The position numbers and the translations under genes are program-made. Below are positions 49,173-59,107 of a stretch of 64,000 bases of DNA, piece by piece. Source of the DNA: Bacteroidota bacterium. GTDB taxonomy: Bacteria > Bacteroidota > Ignavibacteria > UBA10030 > SZUA-254. Location of the stretch: positions 22,721 through 86,720 of the forward strand of contig JBEKTW010000005.1 of the NCBI GenBank assembly GCA_049515655.1. The letters are read 5' to 3'. How positions within the stretch are numbered: the first letter of the stretch is position 1; each line of letters starts with the position of its first letter. Under the pieces are notes generated by a model, which was not told where the DNA came from, searched no databases, and saw only the letters and a list, made by a program, of their open reading frames with translations.

Positions 49173-50000
49173 ATGGCTGATTGGCAGAGTCGACACATCG
49201 ATGAGACGGATTTCCTGGTTGTCGATGTTGAGACGACAGGGCTCTCCCCCGATACGGGCGACCGGGTGTGTGAGATTGGAGCGATCAAAATCCGCGGCGG
49301 GGCGGTGGTCGACACGCTCAGCAGTCTGGTTAATCCCTGCCGGCCCATCTCGGCAGGAGCGTACGCGGTCAACAGGATTTCTCCGGCAATGGTCGCCGAC
49401 GCCCCGGAGTTCCATCAGCTCGCAGAACGCCTGCTTCAGATGATGGACGACTCGGTACTCGTTGCGTATAATGCCCCTTTCGACGTCTCGTTTCTCGACA
49501 GTGAACTCCGCCTCGCGGGCCATCCGCGCATTCGCGCGAAGGTCGTCGACGCGCTGGCGATCGCGCGTCAGCTTCTTCCGGGAATTGGCAGATACCCTCA
49601 GGAGAACGTCGCCCAATTCCTGGGGATCCCGTTTCCCGTGAAGCACCGTGCCCTCGACGACGTGATGGTGACATCCAGAATCTTCATCTTCTTTGTCTCT
49701 ATGATGAAAGCATACGACCTTACCTCCGTCGCCGACCTCGGGCGCAGGGATCTTTCAAGCGTCATGCAGACGAAGCGTATCAGCATCGTCCAGGAGGCGA
49801 TGATCAAAGGTTCACATCTCTGGATAAAGTACCTCTCTCCTACAAACGCAGAAATTACCGACCGCATCGTTACTCCCAAAGACCTCGTCACCGAACAAAC
49901 ACCCTACCTGTTTGCATATTGTCATTCGGCAAAGGCTGAGAGAAATTTTCGGATCGATAGAATCCTGGACTTAAGGTTGGTACAAAAAGTGTCTGCCTGA
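49173..50000 (+). CDS. DnaQ-like DEDDh 3'-5' exonuclease fused to a C-terminal WYL-like domain
   Basis: Exo I FLVVDVETTGL, Exo III HRALDDV. The C-terminus WIKYLSPTNAEITDRIVTPKDLV...YLFAYCHSAKAERNFRIDRI matches the WYL-domain consensus, with the I.Y...R.V.P...YL.A.C...R.FRIDRI pattern recovered. Confidence 0.7.
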   Translation: MADWQSRHIDETDFLVVDVETTGLSPDTGDRVCEIGAIKIRGGAVVDTLSSLVNPCRPISAGAYAVNRISPAMVADAPEFHQLAERLLQMMDDSVLVAYNAPFDVSFLDSELRLAGHPRIRAKVVDALAIARQLLPGIGRYPQENVAQFLGIPFPVKHRALDDVMVTSRIFIFFVSMMKAYDLTSVADLGRRDLSSVMQTKRISIVQEAMIKGSHLWIKYLSPTNAEITDRIVTPKDLVTEQTPYLFAYCHSAKAERNFRIDRILDLRLVQKVSA

Positions 50001-50004
50001 TGGA

Positions 50005-50095
50005 ATCACCAAAACTGTCTGAACCTGGATTTTGGGGACTAAAGGATGATCACGATTTCTTGATCGCGGTAATCTCATATTCTGCAACTCGAGAC
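50005..50095 (+). repeat. partial unit of the ~107-bp tandem repeat
   Basis: ...caccaaaactgtctgaacctggattttggggactaaaggat...gcggtaatctcat corresponds to the second half of the unit. Confidence 0.6.
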
Positions 50096-50290
50096 ATCTG
50101 AATTATCGACGGATGTTGCTCATGAGAACAAGACCACACCTGTCATTCCCGCACGTTTTAAGCGGGAATCTATTTAAGATGCGCGATTCAAGTCCCGCCT
50201 TTTGGATTCCGCTTACGTAGGCGGGATTCTGAAAAGCGGAACATTCGGGCATGACAGGCTTTTTGATTTTTCAGATGTCTCAAATCATGG
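50088..50290 (-). mobile_element. MITE-like element related to 24962-25140, inserted into the tandem array
   Basis: Ends gagacatctgaa... and ...tttttcagatgtctc. Inner palindromes: gtcattcccgcacgttttaagcgggaatc and ggcatgacagg. Confidence 0.6.
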
Positions 50291-50385
50291 TTCAGACAAC
50301 GGTGGCATCATCAAAACTGTCTGAACCTTGATTTTGGGGATTATAGGATTTCCTTGATAGTTTAATAAGAGCAATCTCATAAGCT
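50281..50385 (+). repeat. full unit of the ~107-bp tandem repeat
   Basis: Contains the 10-bp hairpin ggttcagaca-N20-tgtctgaacc. Confidence 0.7.
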
Positions 50386-50514
50386 TCCTTCGGGTCCCGC
50401 AGAGCCAAGTGAAACGGAAAAATTGATAGAACATCAGAATATTATGAAATGACAAAGCCCGATTCTCTTGTTCCAAATTAGCGAATTGAACGATCCATTC
50501 TTCTCATCAGAGGA

Positions 50515-51030
50515 TTGAAAATCATGCTTGATAGAGACCTCGCCGAACTCTACGGAGTTCAAACGCGAGATCTTAATAAGGCAGTACGACGAAATAGCGA
50601 TCGTTTTCCATCTGATTTTATGTTCCAGCTCACTCCCGAGGAATATAAAAACTTGATGTTCCAATTTGGAACATCAAGATGGGGCGGCACAAGGAAGCTT
50701 CCCTACGCTTTTACAGAGTTAGGCGTAGCGATGCTCTCCAGTGTATTGAACAGCGAGCGAGCCGTCCGCGTAAACATACAGATTATGCGTGCATTTGTGG
50801 CACTTCGGGAGATCCTTGCTACCCACAAAGACCTTGCCCGAAAATTAGAAGAAATGGAAAAGAAATACGATCAGCAGTTCAAAGTGGTGTTCGAGGCAAT
50901 GCGGCGACTAATAATTGCTTCTGGCAGTGCGCAAGACAAGCCAAAACGCGAAATTGGATTTAAAGTTGGAGAACCAAATGTTCTCTATACACCTCGAAAA
51001 AAAGACAAAGTGATGAGAAGGAAATATTAA
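50515..51030 (+). CDS. ORF6N-domain (KilA-N-like) DNA-binding protein of the kind common on mobile elements
   Basis: The N-terminal [39 protein letters not shown] matches the ORF6N consensus. 171 aa. Confidence 0.75.
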   Translation: MKIMLDRDLAELYGVQTRDLNKAVRRNSDRFPSDFMFQLTPEEYKNLMFQFGTSRWGGTRKLPYAFTELGVAMLSSVLNSERAVRVNIQIMRAFVALREILATHKDLARKLEEMEKKYDQQFKVVFEAMRRLIIASGSAQDKPKREIGFKVGEPNVLYTPRKKDKVMRRKY

Positions 51031-51064
51031 TGACCGAAGAATTTAAACAAATGGTAATCTTATA

Positions 51065-51440
51065 ATCATGCGAATCATGGTTCGAACAACGGCGGCATCA
51101 CCGAAACCGTCTGAACCTTGATTTTGGGGATTATAGGATTTCCATGATTGTTTAATCGCGGTAGTCTCACGATCATGCGAATCATGGTTCAGACAACGAC
51201 GGTATCACTGAAACTGTCTGAACCTTGATTTTGAGGATTATAGGATTTCCATGATTGTTTAATCACGGTAATTTCATAATTATGTGAATCACGGTGCAGA
51301 CAACGACAGTATAACCGAGACTGTCTGAACCTTGATTTTGGGGATTAAAGGATGACCATGATTTTGTAATCAAGGTAATCTTATAATCATGCGAATCACG
51401 GTTCAGACAATGGATCCCGCTTGCTTCCCTCCTCACAACT
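51065..51440 (+). repeat. three and a half tandem copies of the ~107-bp hairpin repeat, immediately upstream of (and overlapping) the 5' end of the next gene
   Basis: Unit starts fall at about 51065, 51172, 51280 and 51386, a period of 106-108 bp. Each unit contains ggttcagaca...tgtctgaacc, gattttggggattataggatttccatgattgtttaatc and cggtaatct. Confidence 0.85.
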
Positions 51441-51484
51441 CAGTATCTTGTTGCCTGTTCTACCACACTTACAAAGGAACTGCC

Positions 51485-54400
51485 ATGAACCGTAACCGCT
51501 ATTTCGCTTTGCTTCTGAGTATTCTGTTTTCTGTCGGAATGCTCCTCGCCCAACCCACGAAGTCGGATTCCCCGGCTCCCAAAGATACGGCCAAAAAATC
51601 GGACACCAAATGGGACGTTTCTGCCAAGCATGGTCCTTCTCAGGACATTGAGTTCGAAACGGACGAGGGGACGTGGATCTCAGTCGATGTCAGCCCTGAC
51701 GGCAAACACATAGTCTTCGACCTCCTCGGCGATATCTATATCATGCCCATCAGCGGCGGCGACGCGAAGCTGCTCTGCGGAGGACCGGCGTACGAAGTGG
51801 AGCCAAGGTTTAGCCCGGACGGGAAGAAAATTTCATTCACCAGCGACCGCGATGGCTGCAATAACATCTGGATGATGGATGCCGACGGAAAGAATCCAAA
51901 GCAGCTCACTCATGAAAAAGAGCGCCAGACAAACAACGCGGTCTGGTCGCCGGATGGTCAGTTCATCGTCGCGCGGAAGCACTACCGCAACGAACGCTCG
52001 CTCGGCGCGGGCGAAATGTGGATGTATCACATCGGCGGCGGCGACGGCCTGCAGCTCACGAAACGCCGCAACTGGGAACAGGATGCTGGCGAACCATGCC
52101 TCTCGCCCGACGGCCGTTACCTCTATTACAGCGAAGATGTGAGTCCCGGCGGCGGTTTTCAGTACAACAAGGATCCGAACGGAACAATTTACGTCATACA
52201 GCGACTCGACATCCAGACCGGAAAAACGGAACAGTTCATTCACACTGAGGGCGGCGCCGTGCGCCCCCAGGTTTCACCCGACGGAAAAACGATCGCTTTC
52301 GTCAAACGCGTCCGTCTTAAGACAGTCCTTTACACGTTTGATGTCGAGAGCGGCAAAGAGACGCCGGTCTACGACAATCTCAGCCGTGACGCCCAGGAAA
52401 CCTGGGCGATGTTCGGCGTCCATCCGGGCTTTTCCTGGATGCCGGACGGGAAGCGCATCGTCATCTCAGCCAAAGGTCACATCTGGATAATCGATGTGCG
52501 CACGAAGGAAGCGACGCAAATTTCTTTCAAAGTGCACGTCAGGCAGACGATCACCAACGCAGTCCGTTTTCCCCAGGAAGTTGCGCCGGAAAAATTCGAC
52601 GTCAAAATGCTTCGCTGGGTGACCGTTTCCCCCGACCAGAAATCCGTCATCTATAATGCTCTCGGCAAATTATGGATACGATCCCTCCCGCAGGGAACTC
52701 CGAAGCGCCTCACCAACGATGAAAAACGATTTGAACTATTTCCTGCGTTCTCGGCTGACGGGAAATGGATTGTGTACGCGACGTGGAACGACGACGAGCA
52801 GGGTTCTCTCTGGAAGGTCAGAGCTGACGGGTCATCCCAAACGAAACTGACTGTCCGCAAAGGACATTACGTCGAACCGGCATTCTCACGCGACGGATCA
52901 AGAATCGTTTTCAAGAGGATAGGCGGAGATAATCTCCGCGGCGACGAATACACGCACGAGCAAGGCATTTATTGCATGCCGGCATCGGGCGGCAAAGCAA
53001 CTCTCATTACGGAAGAAGGCTCGCGGCCTATGTTCAACAAAAACGGGGACAGGATTTTTCTCCTTTCCGGTGAGGGCGATAAGACCGCTTTTGTCAGTGT
53101 CGGGCTCAGCGGCGAGCAACGGCGTGTTCACCTTCTCTCCGACAACGCCGAAGAAATCGTCCCGTCGCCCGATGAGCAATGGGTCGCATTCGTTGAGCGA
53201 TTCAACGCCTACATCGCAGTCTTTCCCAAAACCGGACAGGCGGTCATGATCGGTCCGGGCACGTCGGATTACCCGGTCAAACGGGTGACCCGGGACGCCG
53301 GAACGTACCTCCACTGGTCGCCCGACAGTAAGGCGCTTCACTGGTCGCTCGGACCGGAACTGTATTCCCGCGACCTGACGAACACGTTCAAATTCGTCGA
53401 TGGAGCTCCCGATAGCGTTCAGGAAAAACCGGATACAACAGGACTCAACATCAGTTTTTCGGCATTGACCGACAACCCCACCGGACCCGTCGCCCTCGTC
53501 GGAGCCACCCTGATTACGATGAAAGGCGATGAGGTCATTCCGGATGCGACGATTCTCATTGAGCGAAACCGCATCAAAGCCGTCGGACCGTCTGCGAGCG
53601 TACAGGTTCCCGCGAACGCCTACAAACTCGACGTAAGAGGGAAGTACATCATGCCGGGGATCATCGACGTCCACGCGCACATTCCCACCGGAAGCAGCAA
53701 CATCGTTCCCCAGACCCATTGGCCGTATTACGTCAACCTCGCGTTTGGCGTTACGACAGCGCACGACCCTTCGTCTGGCACCGAAATGGTCTTTTCAAAC
53801 TCCGAGCTGCTGAAAGCCGGAATCCTCGTGGGACCGCGACTCTATTCAACCGGCACGATTCTGTACGGCGCCGAAGCGCCGTTCAAGGCGATCATCAACA
53901 ACTTCGACGATGCGATGTCTCACCTGCGACGCATGAAGGCGGTCGGAGCGTTCTCCGTAAAAAGCTATAACCAGCCGCGGCGCGATGAACGCCAGCAAAT
54001 CATTGAAGCGGCCCGTGACCTCAAAATGATGGTCGTGCCCGAAGGCGGCTCGACATTCTTCTGGAACGTCTCGATGATTCTGGACGGCCATACGGGGATC
54101 GAGCATTCACTTCCGGTCTCTCCTCTTTACAAGGACGTGCTCACGCTCTTCGGCAAGAGCCAGACCGGTTACACTCCGACTTTGATCGTAAGCTATGGCG
54201 GATTGTGGGGAGAGAACTACTGGTTCATGAAGACGAAAGTCTGGGAAAACGAACGTTTACTCAAATTTACTCCGCGGGAAATAATCGATGCGCGATCCCG
54301 CCGCCGGTTGATGGCAGAGGAAGACGACTTCAACTACATCGACAACGCGCGCGCCGTAAAAGCGGCCCTGGACGCCGGCACGAAGGTTCAGCTCGGCGCA

Positions 54401-54715
54401 CACGGGCAGCTTCAGGGACTCGGGGCGCATTGGGAACTATGGATGCTTGCGCAGGGCGGCATGACTCCGCTCGAAGCCATCAGATGCGCCACGCTCTACG
54501 GGGCCCAATATATAGGCCTCGACAACGACCTGGGTTCGCTTGAGGCCGGAAAACTGGCAGACCTCATCGTCATGGACAAGAATCCACTCGAAAATATCCG
54601 TAACAGCGAATCAATCCATTACGTCATGAAGAACGGAAGGTTGTATGACGGCGCGACGATGAACGAAATCGGCAATCACCCACGGGAACGGGCTCCGTTT
54701 TACTGGGAGGAATGA
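51485..54715 (+). CDS. secreted fusion protein: TolB-like beta-propeller plus metal-dependent amidohydrolase
   Basis: Signal peptide MNRNRYFALLLSILFSVGMLLA, WD40/TolB-like repeats (SPDGK...) and a C-terminal amidohydrolase domain (PGIIDVHAHIP). The start was set at 51485. Confidence 0.8.
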   Translation: MNRNRYFALLLSILFSVGMLLAQPTKSDSPAPKDTAKKSDTKWDVSAKHGPSQDIEFETDEGTWISVDVSPDGKHIVFDLLGDIYIMPISGGDAKLLCGGPAYEVEPRFSPDGKKISFTSDRDGCNNIWMMDADGKNPKQLTHEKERQTNNAVWSPDGQFIVARKHYRNERSLGAGEMWMYHIGGGDGLQLTKRRNWEQDAGEPCLSPDGRYLYYSEDVSPGGGFQYNKDPNGTIYVIQRLDIQTGKTEQFIHTEGGAVRPQVSPDGKTIAFVKRVRLKTVLYTFDVESGKETPVYDNLSRDAQETWAMFGVHPGFSWMPDGKRIVISAKGHIWIIDVRTKEATQISFKVHVRQTITNAVRFPQEVAPEKFDVKMLRWVTVSPDQKSVIYNALGKLWIRSLPQGTPKRLTNDEKRFELFPAFSADGKWIVYATWNDDEQGSLWKVRADGSSQTKLTVRKGHYVEPAFSRDGSRIVFKRIGGDNLRGDEYTHEQGIYCMPASGGKATLITEEGSRPMFNKNGDRIFLLSGEGDKTAFVSVGLSGEQRRVHLLSDNAEEIVPSPDEQWVAFVERFNAYIAVFPKTGQAVMIGPGTSDYPVKRVTRDAGTYLHWSPDSKALHWSLGPELYSRDLTNTFKFVDGAPDSVQEKPDTTGLNISFSALTDNPTGPVALVGATLITMKGDEVIPDATILIERNRIKAVGPSASVQVPANAYKLDVRGKYIMPGIIDVHAHIPTGSSNIVPQTHWPYYVNLAFGVTTAHDPSSGTEMVFSNSELLKAGILVGPRLYSTGTILYGAEAPFKAIINNFDDAMSHLRRMKAVGAFSVKSYNQPRRDERQQIIEAARDLKMMVVPEGGSTFFWNVSMILDGHTGIEHSLPVSPLYKDVLTLFGKSQTGYTPTLIVSYGGLWGENYWFMKTKVWENERLLKFTPREIIDARSRRRLMAEEDDFNYIDNARAVKAALDAGTKVQLGAHGQLQGLGAHWELWMLAQGGMTPLEAIRCATLYGAQYIGLDNDLGSLEAGKLADLIVMDKNPLENIRNSESIHYVMKNGRLYDGATMNEIGNHPRERAPFYWEE

Positions 54716-54929
54716 GTCGACCTCATCCCGTCTGATCCCTTTCACTATTTGCAGAGAAGCGGATGCACTTCCGCGAGGATCGAGAGGAGGCCATTTCCTT
54801 CAAAGAGATGCCGGGGAGATTCACAACATGAATTAGTGACGTGCGACCCCGAACCTCCCTTTTATCCCTTCCTTACTAAGGAGGGGACATAGGGGTGTAA
54901 GAAAGAATCTTTCGAAAGCAGAAGCTGTA

Positions 54930-55217
54930 ATGTGGAAGCATCTCTCCAACAAACAAATGTGTGGTTACAAGTTTCGTCGTCAGCACGGCTTTGATCAGTA
55001 TGTTGTTGATTTCTACTGTCCGGAACCGAAGCTCGCTATCGAGATTGACGGCGAAAGTCATTTTCAACCGGGTGCCAAAGAGTATGACCATGAACGGGAA
55101 GAGTACATCAAAGCTTTTGGAGTGAAATTGCTTCGGTTTCAGAATACGGATGTTTATCAAAATCTCAGAGGTGTACTGGGGGAAATATACAAAGAGGTTT
55201 CCGCCATTGGCGGTTAG
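54930..55217 (+). pseudogene. DUF559 endonuclease-domain protein, probably N-terminally truncated
   Basis: GYKFRRQHGFDQYVVDFYCPEPKLAIEIDG is DUF559-like. The reading frame is open upstream to 54840 without any start codon and codes ...RKNLSKAEAVMW, which matches the usual N-terminus of such proteins. Confidence 0.6.
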
Positions 55218-55426
55218 GACGAATCCGAATATGCGCTCCCGACCCTGCCAGACCTAGCGCCTCGTGGCGAAGGTCGGGGGTAGAACTCCCTCCCAGAAAA
55301 TCAGCAAAAGGTAACCTTCTGCCCGGCAAATTCAGGGTTGAAGGTCACCTTCTCTCCTTAGCAAACCTTGCGAAGGTTCTATTGCCTCAGCCAAATTCCC
55401 CTCCTGACGTTTTTCCCTGATTTGCT

Positions 55427-58400
55427 TTGGTTTCATTTCTTGCGTACTTTCTTTCTGGTATGCATTACATTTCTCGCGGAATAGCCCGAAACTGCAAACA
55501 CGACAGCACACAGCGACTCGAGTTTCATATCTCCCGCCGTGCGCGTGATGAATTCCTGTTTGAAGACACCTTCTTTTCAATCCAGGGGGATCTGGTCCTT
55601 TCCAACTTACGGGCAGCGCAGATGTTCGCCGAACGTATCAATCAACAGCGTCGAACGAAGGGCGCCGGAACGGTCGAGCAGGTGTTGCCGTCTGAAATCT
55701 ATGCGATGGGACTGTTGCACGAAATCCTCCACTTCGTTATTGACCGCTACAGACAGGAACGCAATCCGGATTTCCTGCCAAAATGTGATCACGACCTCAA
55801 GACGGGGTTGGGTGCTCACGCATTCGATGATCTCTTAAAGACATTCACGGCGGAATTTCCACCTCTTCCAGTCTACAAAAAGGATGAATCCCCTGCCGAG
55901 TATCTCCGGGGCACGAGTGGTACCGTTACTAACCGCCAGATCGCTCTCGAGGAGTTACTCCTCGTATGGCTGCAGAATCGAAACCCCGCATTTCAGTCCA
56001 TCATCGAGCTTGTCGACGACAGTGAACTTGCTGAAAGAACTGCCTATGACGATGCAATCCACAAAACGAAAACTTTCTTCGGGACACAACCCGGTTACGG
56101 ACCAGCGAATCAACCTCTGATCGACATGCTCCTTGCGCCGGCAGCAGCGTCGCCCGATTCGATCATGGGACAACTGGAATTCATAAGGACGCATTGGGTT
56201 TCGATACTTTCCGGCTCTCAACTGATGATGAAGCTCCTGGGAGCGATGGATTTCATACGGGAGGAAGGGAAATACCTGTTGATGCGCGCTCAGGCCGAAG
56301 CCGACCGCGCGAAGAAACCCACACTCGGTCAACTTAATAAATTCGGTATCGGGGACAAAGAATCCGCCATCGTGCCCTCGTTCACGGGCCCGCTCTACGA
56401 GTTTGAACCGGAAAGATTCAGCACCGACCTTGAGTGGATGCCCCGGCTCGTGTTGATCGCAAAGAACATTTTTGTCTGGCTCGATCAACTGAGCAAACGC
56501 TACCAGCGTCACATTTCCCGCCTTGATGAAATTCCGGATGGGGAACTTGACATCCTGGCCCAGCGCGGCATCACGGGGCTCTGGCTCATCGGCATCTGGC
56601 AGCGGAGCCGCGCTTCGGAACGCGTCAAAAAGTTTTCCGGGAATCCGGAAGCTCTCGCTTCGGCGTATTCTCTTCTGGATTACGATATCGCCCCGGAACT
56701 CGGCGGCGAAGAAGCATTTTATCGATTGCGCGATCAGGCTTTTCGACGGGGCATACGCCTCGCGAGCGACATGGTTCCGAACCATATGGGAATCGATTCG
56801 TCGTGGGTTATCAACCATCCTGATTGGTTCGTCCAAAGCGACTATCCTCCTTTTCCAAACTACACATTTACCGGGCCGGACCTCAGCGACAACGACCGCG
56901 TCGGGATCTTCATCGAAGACGGTTATTGGCGGAAAACGGATGCCGCGGTGGTTTTCAAGCGCCTCGACCGCTGGACCGGGGATGTTAAATACGTGTACCA
57001 CGGCAACGACGGCACACATATGCCGTGGAATGACACGGCACAGTTGAATTTCCTCAGGTCCGATGTCCGTGAAGCCGTTATTCAAACGATCCTCCATGTC
57101 GCCAGGTTGTTTCCGGTGATTCGCTTTGATGCCGCGATGACCCTTGCAAAGAAACACTTTCAGCGACTCTGGTTTCCCGAACCCGGTACCGGAGGGGCAA
57201 TCCCGTCCCGCGCGTCCTTCTCGATGACGAGGGCACAACTCGACGCGTTGATGCCACAGGAATTCTGGAGGGAAGTCGTGGACCGCGTGCAGCAGGAAAC
57301 ACCGAACACACTTCTCCTTGCGGAAGCATTCTGGCTCATGGAGGGGTATTTCGTGAGGACGCTCGGCATGCACCGGGTGTATAACAGCGCGTTCATGAAC
57401 ATGTTGAAAAAGGAAGAAAACGCGAACTACCGCTCTGTGATGAAGAATGTCCTTGAATTCAATCCACAAATTCTCAGGCGGTTCGTTAACTTCATGAACA
57501 ATCCCGACGAAGAAACCGCGGTCGCACAGTTCGGGAAAGACGACAAGTACTTCGGCGTATGCATCCTCATGGTAACTCTTCCCGGGCTTCCCATGTTCGG
57601 TCACGGACAGGTCGAGGGCTACGGCGAAAAATACGGAATGGAATACCGTCGCGCCTACTACGATGAACAGCCGGACCGGCACCTTGTCGCCCGCCACGAG
57701 AGAGAAATATTCCCCCTGGTCAAGAAACGGTATCTCTTTGCCGATGTCGATAGCTTCCTACTCTACGATTTCTTCACGAAGGAAGGAATCGTCAACGAAG
57801 ACGTCTTCGCCTACAGCAATCGAACTAATGACGAGCGTTCCCTGGTCGTGTACAACAACAGGTTCACCCATACTGCCGGATGGATCATGACTTCGGTCGG
57901 ATTCGCAGGCCCAGGCGGGAAGCTCGTTCAACGACAACTCTCCGATGGACTCGCTCTCAACAACAAACGCGGGATGTACTCCATTTTTCGCGATGCAATC
58001 TCCGGACTCGAGTACATCCGTTCCGTCAACGAATTGCGGCATCAGGGATTGTACATCGAATTAGGCGCTTTTAAGTATCATGTATTCCTCGATTTCCGGG
58101 AAGTCGAATCCACAAAAGATGCGCCGTACGACCTGCTCGCGTCGTCTCTCAACGGTCAGGGCGTGCCATCGGTCGGAGAAGCTCTCCTTGACATGCGGTT
58201 GAATCCAATCCACACGGCCATTCGAGAAGCACTTTCGCCCGAACGATTGCGTTTTCTGAAGGCAGGATGGAAAGACGGACGCGTTACCTCCGAAGCGATT
58301 ACCTCATTCGACGAATCGATCCGGTCAATCGCGCACTCCGCTGCCGAAGTTGAGCACGTACCGCTGATATCTGATGATGTAACCCAGAAAGCTCGAAAAG

Positions 58401-59050
58401 AATTCACTGCGTTTCAGAAAATGGTGCATTGCGCGGAACAGGACCCGAAGAAGGAGAGCTGGCAGGAATTCATTCTGCAACGTTTCCCCGAGCAAGACGC
58501 GCAAGACCTGGACGGCTGGCGAACGATTCTCTCCTGGATAGTCTTGAGTCATGTGAGAGAATCGATCTTTAGAAAGAACGACCGGCAGGAGAGCCTCCTC
58601 GACCTCTGGAGGCTCGCTAAGCCGCTTGTCTATTCATTCGTCCGAAGCGGAATCGACGAAGACCAGGCCGATCGAGAACTCTACCTTCTGACGGCCCTGG
58701 AGAGACTTCCGGCGCTCCAGGACGCAGCCCTGATTCCGACAGTGGAGTTCTCCCTGGTTGACCCGTACGTCAAGGAATTCCTGCGGGTAAACCGGTGGGA
58801 TAATGTACTCTGGTTCAACAAAGAACGATTCGAGGAGCTTCTTGGCTGGATTTTCATCCTGTCCGCCGTACAGACTTTCACATCCAACGATCAATCAATA
58901 ATAGATGCAAAGAAAAAAGCCGGAGTTCAATTCAGTTCCTACAACTCAATGCTTAGAAACGCGGAACAAAGTAAGTACCAGGTCGAAGGATTCCTCGGAA
59001 TGTGTTCTGCGATAAACCCGGGCGATCCCGTCGGCGGTCCGGGAGCATAG
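55427..59050 (+). CDS. large multidomain alpha-amylase-family (GH13) protein
   Basis: GH13 conserved regions are present: DMVPNHMG, IRFDAAMT and LLAEAFW. There are long N- and C-terminal extensions. 1207 aa. The start could instead be the ATG at 55460. Confidence 0.75.
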   Translation: MVSFLAYFLSGMHYISRGIARNCKHDSTQRLEFHISRRARDEFLFEDTFFSIQGDLVLSNLRAAQMFAERINQQRRTKGAGTVEQVLPSEIYAMGLLHEILHFVIDRYRQERNPDFLPKCDHDLKTGLGAHAFDDLLKTFTAEFPPLPVYKKDESPAEYLRGTSGTVTNRQIALEELLLVWLQNRNPAFQSIIELVDDSELAERTAYDDAIHKTKTFFGTQPGYGPANQPLIDMLLAPAAASPDSIMGQLEFIRTHWVSILSGSQLMMKLLGAMDFIREEGKYLLMRAQAEADRAKKPTLGQLNKFGIGDKESAIVPSFTGPLYEFEPERFSTDLEWMPRLVLIAKNIFVWLDQLSKRYQRHISRLDEIPDGELDILAQRGITGLWLIGIWQRSRASERVKKFSGNPEALASAYSLLDYDIAPELGGEEAFYRLRDQAFRRGIRLASDMVPNHMGIDSSWVINHPDWFVQSDYPPFPNYTFTGPDLSDNDRVGIFIEDGYWRKTDAAVVFKRLDRWTGDVKYVYHGNDGTHMPWNDTAQLNFLRSDVREAVIQTILHVARLFPVIRFDAAMTLAKKHFQRLWFPEPGTGGAIPSRASFSMTRAQLDALMPQEFWREVVDRVQQETPNTLLLAEAFWLMEGYFVRTLGMHRVYNSAFMNMLKKEENANYRSVMKNVLEFNPQILRRFVNFMNNPDEETAVAQFGKDDKYFGVCILMVTLPGLPMFGHGQVEGYGEKYGMEYRRAYYDEQPDRHLVARHEREIFPLVKKRYLFADVDSFLLYDFFTKEGIVNEDVFAYSNRTNDERSLVVYNNRFTHTAGWIMTSVGFAGPGGKLVQRQLSDGLALNNKRGMYSIFRDAISGLEYIRSVNELRHQGLYIELGAFKYHVFLDFREVESTKDAPYDLLASSLNGQGVPSVGEALLDMRLNPIHTAIREALSPERLRFLKAGWKDGRVTSEAITSFDESIRSIAHSAAEVEHVPLISDDVTQKARKEFTAFQKMVHCAEQDPKKESWQEFILQRFPEQDAQDLDGWRTILSWIVLSHVRESIFRKNDRQESLLDLWRLAKPLVYSFVRSGIDEDQADRELYLLTALERLPALQDAALIPTVEFSLVDPYVKEFLRVNRWDNVLWFNKERFEELLGWIFILSAVQTFTSNDQSIIDAKKKAGVQFSSYNSMLRNAEQSKYQVEGFLGMCSAINPGDPVGGPGA

Positions 59051-59107
59051 ATCCGGTTCCGGTCTTTTCTTGTTCAACTCCACACAATTCCCTATATTCA
59101 GTCTGCC

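Noticed and set aside
50005-51440. Possible CRISPR array, suggested by the regularly spaced repeats with hairpins
   Set aside because: The units are about 107 bp long and directly contiguous, with no unique spacers between them. No cas genes are nearby. It is a tandem repeat or iteron-like array, not CRISPR.
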